A DNA stretch of 64,000 bases, from positions 496,001 to 560,000 of the forward strand of contig JAKIMF020000011.1 of the NCBI GenBank assembly GCA_022605425.2, given 5' to 3'. The notes under the pieces are model-generated. The model was given only the letters and a program-made list of their open reading frames with translations. It made no database searches and was not told where the DNA came from. Shown here piece by piece: positions 1 through 12,399 of this stretch (position 1 is its first letter; each line of letters starts with the position of its first letter). Source of the stretch: Hamiltosporidium tvaerminnensis FI-OER-3-3. Lineage: Eukaryota; Fungi; Microsporidia. The position numbers and the translations under genes are program-made.

Positions 1-2
1 AA

Positions 3-2258
3 TACTTTGAAAATACAAATCTAAATATTTTTTTATATTTAATTTATTATATTTCAATACAACTGAACGACAAAGATTTTTTCAAATTAGAAAATGAAAA
101 AAATAAAATTTTAAAAAATTTTATCATAAAAAAACTTGAATCAGTTAATATTTCAGATATAAAAAATTGTCTAGAAAAGTCTAAATGGTACAAAGAATCT
201 TTGTTGAATCTTGGTTGTGTCAGTACAGAGACAATGTCTGCTATTGAAAAAGAAACGGTTCCATTTCATAATGATTTTCTATTTTATTTTAAAAAATATG
301 AAAAACGAAATATTGAAAGTAATACTCAAGAAATTATGTATAAATGTTTACAAAAAAAAGAAAAATTATTAGAATTTTTTGAAAAATATTTAAACAGTCA
401 GATTGAGAGCGTTGTTGGTGGAAAAGAAAAGACATTTAAAATTGAAGAGAATTTAAAGATGCGATTAGAAGATGAAACGGTATTACCACAAATAGAAATG
501 CTTAGAATATCAGATAATTTAATTACTTTACTTTTGAGTATAAGAAATTTACAGATTGAAAATATTTTATTTTCTATTTTTATTAAATTAGGAAAAATAG
601 AATGTTTTGCTACAATTTTGGCCAGAAGTATCTCATTTTTACCTTTTTTTGAACCGATCAAAGAAAAAATGTTTTCTGTTTTAGAATCAAAAAACTTTTT
701 ATCTAAAAATATTGCAATAAAATATTTAAGTGAGTTTTACATGTTAAACTGTATAAATTCAAATGAACTTTTAAAAACTTACGAATATTTATCTGATTCA
801 GGTAATATTGTATTGGTACTTGATTCTTTAAAAAGAATAAATAAATTTATATTTGCTTGTAGAGAAGAAGAAAGTAAAATAATTTTTGAAAAAATACAAA
901 ATATTAAAAATTATAGTTCTGGATATCAAAAAGCAGTTATTAATGATGGGTTGGCAGATATTTTTTCTAAGAATTATTCTGTTCAAACAAATATAAATGA
1001 ATTTATTATTTTTATTTTTAATGAAATTAATTTTGAACAAATCGTAAGTCTTTTTGGTATTTCTTTTGGTAGAAATAAAAATAATAATCAACGAAGAAAT
1101 GAAAAAAGATTTAAAGATTTAAAAAGTGAATTAAATAAAACAAAGAACACTTCTAAGAATGATTTAAGTGAATTAAAGGATTTAAAAAGTGAATTAAATA
1201 AAACAAAGAACACTTGTAAGAATAATTTAAGTGAATTAAAGGATTTAAAAAGTGAATTGAATAAAACAAAGAATAATTGTAAGAATGAAGTAAATGAATT
1301 AAAGGATTTAAAAAGTGAATTAAATAAAACAAAGAATAATTCTAAGAACAATAGTAAGAACAATGTAAAGGATTTAAATAAAACAAAGACTAGTTATAAT
1401 ATCAATTCTAATAACAACTATAAGAATGATCCAAGTGAATCAATCAATTTGGAAATTGAGTTAAATAACGAATTTAAGAATATTTCGAATTGTAATACAA
1501 TAACTGATATTAAAGATATTTCACTTTCAAATCCTGAATTTTTAAAAAAATGTTTTTTAGAAATTTATAAAATATTTTTAGATTTTCCTTTTCTAATTGT
1601 AATTACTTTAGGAAAAATGTATTATTTTAAAAATATAGATTTATTGGTAGAATTTTGTATTATTTTAAAGATTGGTGAATATATTTTAAAAATATTTTAT
1701 GATTTAACTATTTCTATGTTAAAAACGTTAGAAAAACAAACATTGTTGTGTTATACAGAATTTATATCTAAATTGATGAGTAGATTAGAAGAAGATTTTA
1801 AAAAAAATATAAAATTTGATAAAAATCAGACTAAAAAACCAAAAAATAATTTAAAATTACAAAATGTAAATTTAGAAGAAAATAATTTAAAATTACAAAA
1901 TGTAAATCAAAATATAAATTTTGAAGAAAATAATTTAAAATTACAAAAATATTTTAAAGATTTAAAAAATATAAATTTTGAAGAAAATAATTTAAAATTA
2001 CAAAAATATTTTAAAGATTTAAAAAATATAAATTTAGAATTTAAAAAAAATCCAAATATTTTTGTTAATACTGTTCTTGAAACTGATTGTGATTTAACAG
2101 ATAAAATTTATATTTTAATTATATTTCTTCGTAATTATAATTATAAATTAGATTATCAATTATTTGTTTTGGTAAATGAATTGGTTAATTATTGTGAAGA
2201 TGTTGATGTTAAGTTATTCTTTCTTAGTCTTTGTAAAGATAAAAGTATTTTGGTTTAG
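3..2258 (+). CDS. 5'-partial large helical (HEAT-like) protein with internal tandem repeats; possibly a divergent cohesin loader Scc2/NIPBL
   Basis: The frame is open from position 3 (YFENTNLN...), so the true start lies upstream of the window. The segment LARSISFLPFFEPIKEKMFSVLESKNFLSKNIAIKYLSEF resembles, from memory, the NIPBL/Scc2 cohesin-HEAT region. The CDS is confident; the identity is weak. Confidence 0.6.
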   Translation, partial: YFENTNLNIFLYLIYYISIQLNDKDFFKLENEKNKILKNFIIKKLESVNISDIKNCLEKSKWYKESLLNLGCVSTETMSAIEKETVPFHNDFLFYFKKYEKRNIESNTQEIMYKCLQKKEKLLEFFEKYLNSQIESVVGGKEKTFKIEENLKMRLEDETVLPQIEMLRISDNLITLLLSIRNLQIENILFSIFIKLGKIECFATILARSISFLPFFEPIKEKMFSVLESKNFLSKNIAIKYLSEFYMLNCINSNELLKTYEYLSDSGNIVLVLDSLKRINKFIFACREEESKIIFEKIQNIKNYSSGYQKAVINDGLADIFSKNYSVQTNINEFIIFIFNEINFEQIVSLFGISFGRNKNNNQRRNEKRFKDLKSELNKTKNTSKNDLSELKDLKSELNKTKNTCKNNLSELKDLKSELNKTKNNCKNEVNELKDLKSELNKTKNNSKNNSKNNVKDLNKTKTSYNINSNNNYKNDPSESINLEIELNNEFKNISNCNTITDIKDISLSNPEFLKKCFLEIYKIFLDFPFLIVITLGKMYYFKNIDLLVEFCIILKIGEYILKIFYDLTISMLKTLEKQTLLCYTEFISKLMSRLEEDFKKNIKFDKNQTKKPKNNLKLQNVNLEENNLKLQNVNQNINFEENNLKLQKYFKDLKNINFEENNLKLQKYFKDLKNINLEFKKNPNIFVNTVLETDCDLTDKIYILIIFLRNYNYKLDYQLFVLVNELVNYCEDVDVKLFFLSLCKDKSILV
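1110..1345 (+). repeat. Coding tandem repeat, 63-bp unit (LKDLKSELNKTKNxxKNxxxE), about 4 copies
   Basis: aaggatttaaaaagtgaattaaataaaacaaagaa recurs every 63 bp. Confidence 0.9.
1845..2040 (+). repeat. Coding tandem repeat (NINFEENNLKLQKYFKDLK-like)
   Basis: gaagaaaataatttaaaattacaaaa recurs 3-4 times. Confidence 0.85.
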
Positions 2259-2511
2259 AATAATTGATTGGATATATTTGAATGGTATTTTATTATTTGT
2301 TTTTGAATTATATTTGAAAGAGTTAGATATATGATATTTAATAGTTATTTGTTAGATCGTGTGACAATAATTTATTGTTTAAATGATCAATAAATTATTA
2401 TAATAAATATTTATTTTTTATTTTATAATAAATTAGCTTATCAGCTGCAAGTTACTGCGATATTAAAAGAAAAGAAAGATAGGGATAATAAAATATTGTA
2501 ATGAAGGTTAT

Positions 2512-2728
2512 TTAAAATATTTAGGATTTTAGTTATTACAGAGGACATATATAAAAATTAATTTATTTTTTAAATTTCTTTAAAATATTTAGGATTTTAG
2601 TTATTAAAGAGGACATATATAAAAATTAATTTATTTTTTAAATTTCTTTAAAATATTTAGGATTTTAGTTATTACAGAGGACAGATATAAAAATTAATTT
2701 ATTTTTTAAATTTTTTTAAAATATTTAG
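2512..2728. repeat. Intergenic tandem repeat, ~68-bp unit x3
   Basis: ttaaaatatttaggattttagttattacagaggacatatataaaaattaatttatttttt occurs three times in tandem. Confidence 0.9.
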
Positions 2729-2868
2729 AATATTAAATGATAAACTGATGATTCTTATGGGATTTATTAAATTTTTATGAAAATGAAATTCAATCAAGGG
2801 AATATAATTGGTAAATTATTTTTTTAGTTTTATATTTTTTTGATGTATTTTTAAAGATCTGTAAAAAA

Positions 2869-5204
2869 ATGTCAAATATATCAAAGTTATATATATCTTT
2901 GTCGGTGATAATTTCATGTTTTTGTTTAAAGTATTTTTTATTTTGCTTTTTATTTCGTCTATTCGTTGTACTGTTGTTTATTTTGAGTTTAATACTTAGA
3001 TTTGTGGTGGTAATAGCGAGTTGAGAGATAGTGGTTCTGATGTAAGTAATGAAAATATTACAAATAAAAGTTGCTCTGATATGGTTGATGTGGGAGATTT
3101 TAGTTTGTTTGAGTTTCTTTATGATAATAAAGTTGGATATACATCTTCTGTTATAGAGAAACACAATTCAAATTCAGATATTTGTGGTACTCCTATTCAA
3201 TTGTATATATCTTTTTCTAAGGAAGAATTTTAAGGATTTTCTTGTTTATTTGAATTTGGTTCTGAGTATAAATTTAGTACAAATGAATATTTTCTAAAAA
3301 AAGTATTTTATTTCTTAGAAAAATTATCTTTCGACTTTGAAGAACAATTTAGTGACTATTTTTTCTATAAAATTATTAAAAACTTTTTGTTTTTGGTAGT
3401 CGATGAGGAAATATCTATTGAGTGGTTGAGAGGAAGGTATAGTTGTGTGGATTTAAGTGGTGGCGGATTGTTGGGATTTTCTATTTGTTTGCTTGGTTTT
3501 TTGGCTAAACATGAAGAATTGTTTTTACATATTCAAAATTCTGTTTTTTGGCACGATTTTTATAATCTTTTTGATGAAAATACAAAAGAAAATGTTTTTT
3601 CAATGAATCTGACTACTAAATTTTTAGAAATAAGTAGTTTGGATTGTTCGAGACAACTTAGATGTATAGAAATAACGAAATTTTTTATTAAGAAATTAAA
3701 TATTTCTCAAATTAGAATTTTTATTGTTGATTGTTTCAATCTTCCGAATTTATGTATTGCTTGTAATCTTATAACAAGTTGTATTAATTGAATATGTATT
3801 CGAGTTAGAAATTCTAACAGAGAGATTGTGGTAATGATGTATAACTTAAGACATGTTGAATCAATGGAATTTTTCGGTATCGAAGAGTGCACAACTGAAA
3901 TTTTTGTTCTCAAGAAATTTAAAAATCTTAAAAATTTATCGTTGCAGTTTGAAGATAATGGCAAAGAAAGGAATTTCGATTTTACTTTGACTAGTCATTT
4001 ATGTGATCAGTTGAAATATCTTAAAATTTCTAATATAAAAACTTTTTCGTATCAAAATACAGTTAGTTTTAAAAATATTTCACATCTTGAAGTTACTTTT
4101 AACAATTAAAATTTCGATTTTGAAGATTATAGCCAAATTGTATTTTATGCTTCTGAAAATCTTAAATTTTGAAACTTAAAGGTATTTCTTTTGTTCAAGA
4201 TATAAAAAAATTGATTGAGAAATCTGTAAATCTGGAAACGGTTATTTTGATTGGAAAATATATATTTTTGATCATTCAAATTCTCAAAGAACTTTTCTGT
4301 AAACCAAATTTTAAAAATTTATTGTTAGATTTTAATTATGAAATGAATAAATCAGTAATTTTTCGTTTTGTAACGAAAAAACATCGATAATAAATTCTAT
4401 TTTACTTATCGATTCTGAAATAAATATATTTGAAATAATAAAAGCTCATTTATCAAATTTTGAGATGGAAGTACTGGAAAATATTTTATTTACATCTGAA
4501 TTTGTAGAATTTTAACGTAAATTTACTGGATTAAAAAGAATTTCGTTTAAAAAATGTAAAATAAGTTATGAAACAATTGAATTAAAGAAATTTGAAAGTG
4601 TTAAAAATAAGATTGGCTTAGAAAAAATGCATTTCGAAGATTCTGAAAGGTTTATATTCAGTTTTATAAGCAATTTTTTTGATTTGAAAAATATGAAAAA
4701 GTTTTTTAGGAATACTTTGCAATTTCCTACACAAAACGAATTTAAGTTTTATTAAATCAACTAACGGCGTCTAATATCACCAAATCCATTCTAAATATTG
4801 AATTTTTACTTCATTTCGGATATTTCATCGACGATTGGATAAATTTGAAAATATTAGAGATTATTGTATGGGAATAAAGCAAGGAAGATATTTCCTTTAA
4901 TAATCTTTCTTATACCAATTACAATCTAAAGATATTACGTATAAAAACAGCTACAAGAAGATCATTTACGTCTAGTATAATTGATTTTATTCGAACCTTT
5001 CACATGGTTCGCAGTATTGATTTAATCAATTTTTCTATACCAGATTGTCAAATCGACGTTCTAAAAGAAATATTTATAAGTAGAAATGATGATTTGATTT
5101 TAAATTTAGTTGATTGTAAACCTTTTTCGCCTGTTTTGGTTGATTTAATATGTATTACATGTAAAAATAAGTTTGTTAAGTCATCTATGTGTTATATCAA
5201 GTGA
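2869..5204 (+). pseudogene. Degraded secreted LRR-like family gene
   Basis: Hydrophobic N-terminus from the ATG at 2869, then a chain of same-strand fragments (3021, 3387, 3828, 4169, 5004) with LRR-like motifs (FKNLKNLSL, LKYLKISN, NLETVIL), broken by stops and frameshifts. Architecture resembles the intact gene at 14076. Confidence 0.65.
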
Positions 5205-5762
5205 TATAAACCTCATATTTATGAAATAAAAAATTCTCTTTTATTCTCATTATTATTTTTTTATAACAAATTTTTTAACCTATTTTTTAGAATTTAAAAG
5301 TTTTTAACTTCGTTAGCCCCTAAATACACAAAAAGAAATATTAGAAACACGTTATAAGCATTCTAAAATTATTAGTATTGGTCTTTTTAAACATCTTAAT
5401 AGAAACAAATAAAATTATATAAATAACTTTGTTCTGCTATATTCAGGATAGAAATGTATATTAAAATTGGAAGTTATATTTTAAAATTTGAGACAACCAT
5501 TATAATTATGTATTTTCAGATATTTTTGTTAGCTTAAATATATCTGTAAATGACTATACCAGATGGCATAATGAAATGAATCTATATCTCTTTTTCTTAA
5601 ATAAATTTTAATAATTTAAGGAAATATTACTTTACTTATTTGTGTAAACTTTTCGAAATCTGTAAAACAAAAGCTCGGGAAAGACTAGTACCGAATTTGA
5701 AATGTTAATCAATATATTTATTTTAGATTAAAGATAAATGTGATTATTTAAAATAACTTAGA

Positions 5763-6488
5763 TGAGGGCGGATAACCACATAAAAAACTTTCTGGTTGGC
5801 AATGAGTGTGTGAAACTGGTGTGAGGATCATTTTTTGGATTTTTGGTGGAAATTAAACCACACTAGATTTTCTGTTGTTCTATGGGAGTTTTTATGAGGA
5901 AGAAAGGTCTAAGAAATGGCGAAACTTTTTCTACAAATTTATTTTTAGTTTTTTATGCAACTATATCGTTGACCGCAGTTGAACATCTAGGTAATTTCCA
6001 TCTAAATGCATGGAAATATAGTCTGCTCACTCAAGTTAGAAGACTTAACAAAGAAGATATAAATATTAAAATCATTTAAAGCCGGGAAAGCTAAGTAGCA
6101 GGTTATACCTGTTGGTATGACATTGCACTGTCTAGGTGGACCTCATGTGAGTCTCCAGAATATGTCTTAGCTAGAAGTATATTGTGTTCAGAAAGTCTAG
6201 AGTAAGTGGGAATGCTGCATAGTCTTGGAAGAGCCCAGGGGGCTTCGGCCTTCGATCACACACCATGCAACATATATTAACGAATTTCGGGCAAGTGGTG
6301 CGCCTATTAATCAGGTTCTACCCACTGGATAGATGAAAGGCTTTGGGACGTAGGTATCGTAAGAGTTACCTATGAAGTGTTGCGCTATCAGTTATTTATG
6401 TTAAACCTAAAACAGTATTAATATTATAAAAACAAATATAACACTTACATCTCTTTTAAAAAGAAGCTGTGATACATTTAAATAAAGT
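5763..6488 (+). mobile_element. ~730-bp interspersed SINE-like element, full-length copy
   Basis: Colinear with the copies at 36017 and 57702, from GGATAACCACATAAAAAACTTTCTG to TTAAATAAAG. Confidence 0.9.
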
Positions 6489-6940
6489 TATGAATTCAGA
6501 GATATTGATATAATAATATTAGCCCAACCATAATTACAAATATAGTCTTATAACTCTACCATATAATACGTGTATAATAATATTAGAATACAATTTAAAA
6601 CTAATATAGTCTTACAACTCTAAAATCTATAATTAAATATCATATTATTACAAAAAATACAAATAAAACTTAAATAACATTTGTCATTATTGTTTAACTA
6701 AAAGAATCATATAACCAACCTATACATCCTTATAAAGATAAAAAAACAAATAAAAAATCCTTTCTTTCTTATAACCATTGACTAAAATAAAAATCCTTTC
6801 TTTCTTTTTTATAACCATTACTAAAATGAAAATAAATATCCTTTCTTTCTTATAGCCATAGACTAAAAAAATAAAGCACATTCTTTCTTATAATCATAAG
6901 TAATTCAAAGATCTAAAAAATTATAAAAAAACAAAATAAT

Positions 6941-9206
6941 ATGAACCGTTACATGAAAATAGAAAACGACAAAATAATTTTACCTTCTCGTTCAAAAGAC
7001 GTAAACCCAACAATATACATTCCCAAAGAACTCCACTCCGCATTTCTAGCAACAGACAGCAAAGATAAAGACAATATGGACAAAGATAATAAAGATAATA
7101 GTACAACAGACAAAGATAATAGTACAACAAACAAAGATAATGGTACAACAGACAATGCATCAAATACAGACAAAAACAATAAAGCGACAGACAACACAAT
7201 AATACAACAAATATCAAATATAACAAACCTTCCAAACATAATATCAGTAACAGGCTTCCCAGACATCCACCACGGCTACTGTTTCCCCATCGGTACAGTA
7301 TCAGTATTCGATCTTAACAACAATACACCTGTAGTACCCGAAGGTGTTGGATACGACATAGGATGTGGTGTACGTGGTCTTACCACATCACTTACGCTCT
7401 CAGACATTAAAGATAAGACTAACGAATTAGCTGATCTTCTTTTTTCTGAAATTCCTATACACAACACCAATTCTAAATTTACACTTGAAGATATCAACCA
7501 GATATTAGACAAAGGTGTTAAATATTTGGTAGAGAACAAAAAATTTGGAAAATATTCAAGTAAGGATTATAAAGAAGACTTAAGTAAAGACAACATTAAT
7601 AAAGATTTAACTAATGACAACAATAATAAAAACTTAATTAAAGACAGTAATAATAAAGATTTAAGTAAAGACTTATCCAAAGAAGAACAACCCAATAAAG
7701 ATAAACCTTATATCATAGAAGACCTTTCAAAAATAGAAAACAATGGCTCATACAAAGGTAATTCACATCTAATAAGTCAAAAAAGTAAAAGTCGTGGTCT
7801 CAACCAACTTGGTACTTTAGGTTCAGGTAACCATTACCTTGAAATACAATATGTAGATGAAATATATAATAAAGAAGATTGTAATAGTGTTGGTATTACA
7901 CAATTAGAACAGATTGTTGTTATGATACATTGTGGATCACGTGGTCTTGGCCATCAAGTATGTACAGATTACATCAAGAAGATGAAAGAGAATGGTAAGG
8001 GTGGTAGGAATGGTGGTAGGTGTGGTAAGGATAATAGTATTAGTAATAATATTATTAAAGAGAGATATAATAAAAATAAAGATATTAAAGATAATATTAG
8101 TAGGGATATTAAAGATATTAAGGATATTAAAGATATTAAAGATACCGATATTAAAGATAATATTACTAAGGATATTAAAGATATTAAAGATACCGATAGT
8201 AAGGATATTAATAATCACAACCTTAGTAAGGATAATATTAATACTAATAACATACCTAATAACAACCTTAATAATACTAATAATATTGTTTATGATACAT
8301 TTGATTCTCAAGTCTCTAAAGACTATCTTATGGCCATGGGATCTGCTATTAACTATGCAATGGTTAATCGTGCTTATATTACAATGAAAGTAACCGACTG
8401 TTTAAACCAAATGTTTGGTAACAGGGATAAAGGTATTAGGAATAAAGATAGTAATAATATATTAGTTAATAAAGATATATTAGATATTAAAGATAATAAG
8501 AATATATTAGATAATAATCAAGATAATAAGGATATATTAGATAATAAAGATAATAAAAAAGATATATTAGATAATAAGAATATATTAGATAATAATCAAG
8601 ATAATAAGGGTATATTAGATAATAAGAATATATCAAGATAATAAGAATATATCAGATAACAAAGATAATAAAGATATATCAGATAATAAAAACCATACTA
8701 CTAACAACAATAATAATAATAATGTTACTGTCTCTTTAATTTATGATGGTTCTCATAACAGTTGTAGATTAGAAGAATATATAATAAACGGTATTAATAA
8801 AGAAGTACTAGTATATAGAAAAGGAGTAAGTTATGGATTAGAAGTTGGAAATAAAAAATTATGTAAAGAATATAAAAATATAGGACAACCTATAATGGTG
8901 GGGGGTTCTATGGGTACTTATAGTTATATAGTATGTATAGGTAATAAAGGGGTATTTAATAGTTGTTGTCATGGGTCTGGTAGGTTATTGAGTAGGAAGG
9001 AAGGTTTGAAGAGGTATGAGGGAGAGGGTGTTGTTAAGGAGATGGAACGTAAAAATATTGTTTTGAGGTGTTCTAGTGTTAAGGGTGTTGGTGAAGAAGC
9101 GGATGGGTGTTATAAGGATGTTGTTGGTGTTGTTGAGTATTCTGATAGGATGGGGTTAACAAGGAGGTTATGTAGGTTAAAGCCATTAATAGTAATAAAG
9201 GGGTAG
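6941..9206 (+). CDS. rtcB: RtcB-family 3'-phosphate/5'-OH RNA ligase (tRNA-splicing ligase) with a +1 frameshift near 8635 and four low-complexity insertions
   Basis: Motifs in order: PDIHHGYCFPIG, GVGYDIGCG, QLGTLGSGNHYLEIQ, MIHCGSRGLG; then in the +1 frame YDGSHN, YRKG, GGSMG, CHGSGR, EEADGCYK, LKPLIVIKG. The +1 frame is open from about 8619 to 9206. Confidence 0.92.
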
Positions 9207-9269
9207 TGTATTATAGAGGTGTTAGAGTAGTGTTAGTAATGAGGATGAGTTAGTATGATAAGGGTTATA

Positions 9270-9650
9270 ATACGGTTATTATTCTATTATTATTAAAGGG
9301 GTGTTAAAATACAGTTATAATACTACAATTATTAAAGGGGTGTTAAAATACTAATAAAAATACTAGTGTTATTAAAGGGGTGTTAAAATAAAGTTATTCT
9401 ATTATTATTAAAGGCATGTTAAAATACAGTTATAATTCTATTATTATTAAAGGGGTGTAAAATACAAATAAAATACTAGTGTGTTAAAAGGGTGTTAAAG
9501 TACTAATAAAATACTAGTGTGTTAAAAGGGTGTTAAAGTACTAATGAACTACTAGTGTGTTAAAGGGGTGTTAAAATATCATTAAAATACGAGTGTGTTA
9601 AAGGGGTGTTAAAATATCATTAAAATACGAGTGTGTTAAAGGGGTGTTAT
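9270..9650. repeat. Tandem repeat (~41-bp unit containing TTAAAGGGGTGTTAAAATA) between the convergent rtcB and eS30 genes
   Basis: aaaggggtgttaaa recurs about 9 times with diverging spacers. Confidence 0.85.
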
Positions 9651-9777
9651 ATACTAATATAACACCTTACTACCATATTAAATATAATAAAACACTAATA
9701 AAATACTAAAGTACTATTAAAATAATAACAAAATAATAAAACAAATACAAAATACCAATAAAATATTAAATATAAAT

Positions 9778-9957
9778 TTAATTCTGAGGATTCATCTTCA
9801 TTTTCCCTGTCTCAAACAACCCACCTTTACTTCTATGTTCATATAACATTCTCTTCTTAGCTCTACCTGTTTTTCCTTTCTCTTTCTCTTGTTTCTCTAC
9901 TTTAGGTGTTTGTCCTTTTACTTTACCTGCTCTGTTAAGTGATACTACTTTTGCCAT
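9778..9957 (-). CDS. RPS30: 40S ribosomal protein eS30 (59 aa; absent from the ORF track)
   Basis: Manual translation [59 protein letters not shown] matches the eS30 pattern SLxRAGKVxxQTPKV...GRAxKR. CCCC lies directly before the ATG. Confidence 0.95.
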   Translation of the reverse strand: MAKVVSLNRAGKVKGQTPKVEKQEKEKGKTGRAKKRMLYEHRSKGGLFETGKMKMNPQN

Positions 9958-10212
9958 GGGGTTTTTATAAAAAAGAAAATAAAAATTTTTATAAAGGAGA
10001 AAGGTATTTAAAGTAGGAAAGTTTTTTAAGCATGAAGGAAGGGTATTTATAATAGGAAAGGGTATTTATAATAGGAAAGTAAAGAAATATTTTTATATTA
10101 AGAAGTATTTATAAATGATATATGAGTATAAGAAAAAGAAATTATTAGAAATATAAAAGAATATAATAAATAAGAAATTATAAGAAATCTAAAAGCATAT
10201 AAGAAATCTATA

Positions 10213-10718
10213 TTTATTTAAAAATATCACATCTTTTTAAAACAGTGGCAAGTGTTATATTTGTTTTTATGACATTAACCCAGTTCTAGGTTTAACATAA
10301 ATAACTGCTACCCCAACACTCCATCGGTAACACCCGCGATACCTACGTCCCAAAGCCTTTCATCTACCAGGTGTATAGAACTTAATTACTAGGCGAGGTG
10401 GTTGCCCGGAGTTCGTTAATGTCCGTTACATGGAGTGTGATCGAAGGCCGAAGCCCCCCCCTGGGCTCCCCCAAGACCATGCACCATTCCCACTTACTCT
10501 ACACTTTCTGAACCCAATTAACTTCTAGCTAAGATATATTCCAGAGGCATAACTAGGGTTATCCTTGACAAGGCAATATCATACCAACAGTTATAACCAG
10601 TTACTTAGCTCTCCTGGCTTTTAATGGGTTTTATTTTTATATCTCCCAGGCGCTAAGTCTTCTAACTCGAGTGAGCAAGGCTAGGTTTCCATACTTTTGC
10701 ATGGTAATTACCTACATT
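10213..10718 (-). mobile_element. 5'-truncated copy of the ~730-bp SINE-like element
   Basis: Reverse complement matches the 3' ~500 bp of the 57702 copy, ending TTTTAAATAAA. Confidence 0.9.
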
Positions 10719-12399
10719 TAATATTTAAATTGATTATTATATTTTTTTGTATAATGTTAACTTGTATATATGAAGTAACTTATTTTCAATAAAAATTTTA
10801 TTAAATATATTGGTAATCAATTAAGTGTGAAGATTATGAGCTATGTTATTAAGGAAGTAACTTATAAAGAAAATATCTTTATGTGCTATTATACTTGTGA
10901 TGGTGATTTTTTAACATTTTACTATTTAGATAAAACAACGGGTTTTAAGATTTATGAGAAAATTTATACTATCTTTGAATACATATCTATCTTGGAAGTA
11001 ACAGATTATTTATTATTTAGCTTGGTGTTCTGTTATATTATTTGTAAAAGTTACTAACAATTACTAATAGTAACTGACTTATTGTTTTGTGTATTATAAA
11101 ACTTTAAATGTAATTTTTATATTACAGCTTTTTTATTTGGCGTTTAGATTTTACATAAAATATATTTTGTGATATCTTCTTATAACTTATATTAAAGTAA
11201 TATAATGTTATTTTATCGTTTTAAATTGGGTTTTGGGAATATTTTTAATATTGGTCGCTTCTTGTGTGTATTTTTTTGATTTTTAACTGACAAGCAAAAG
11301 TTGTAAAAATATATTTTTTGTTTATAAATAAATAAACACTTTAAAGTCTTTTCGACGTTAAGACATATTTAGGTAAAAACGGTCTTTATATACTGGTCTG
11401 TATTTTACTTTAATATTATCTGTCATACACTTTCTATATTCTAAAATTTAAGAAAATCAATTATTTCAAGGCGAAGTACACATAACATTTGTTTATTAAT
11501 GGTATTACGTCATAATTTATGATCTGGAATAAATTCTTTGCATTTAATGCAGCAAACTTCTAACTTTTTTAATAGCATATTTTTTGGTTTCCTGGATATT
11601 TAAATTAGGTTTGGTTTTGATTTTTATTATTGCTAAATATTGATTATATTTGTACATATAAACCTTTTATAAAATCTAGTTATTCGTTCACAACACATTA
11701 AATTGTAGCGGGTTTGCCGATGTATATCTCAAATCATATTTTGGACTAAAAATTATGTAGTTGAAACACCATTAAATGCGAATCGGAAGGTGTGAAAGCC
11801 TTAAATTTAAGATGGATAGTGAAGTGAGAGTTGATTGGTTATATATATTATTATCGGTATATAGAATGACTTTTTTACATTTCTCATATAGGCTTAACGA
11901 CTCATATACAATATAAAAGACAAAAGAAGGAAACTTATTTCAGTGTACATTTCCTTATCCGGCTTTTTTTATTATGATTTATCAGATTATACTACTTCAA
12001 TTACAGACAAGAATATTGTTATCTCAATAAATTTCAGGATCGACATCAAAACTTTTAGGATTTACTCACATATCAAAGGTAATACGAATTATATGCGCAG
12101 TGAAAGTTAATGGGCTTAGCTTAAAATTTCTTTTAATTGTATTTATCTTGTGCAACATTCGAAGAATTTGTAGTTTAAGTTGCTCACCTTTTACCTTACA
12201 TAATATAAACCAAAAGAAGACAACATATTTTTGCTTCAAGTTGGACAACTTTTTTTTGTCTTATATCGTTAAGTTATAGAGGTTTTGCTACTAGTGTTTC
12301 ATCTGTGGCCAGTGCTCTAATATCAATTACCCTTGTAATTAATACGTAAGCCGGGAGTAGAACCAACCATCTGAAAGTGTACATTCCATACCTTAAATT

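Noticed and set aside
7937-8387. Hydrophobic alternative-frame or antisense ORFs (also 1088-1363, 18035-18474, 59070-59568)
   Set aside because: These are shadows of low-complexity repeats in real genes.
9270-9650. Repeat-spacer appearance suggesting CRISPR or telomeric repeats
   Set aside because: The spacers are related to each other (ordinary minisatellite), the context is eukaryotic with no cas genes, and the unit is not TTAGG(G)n.
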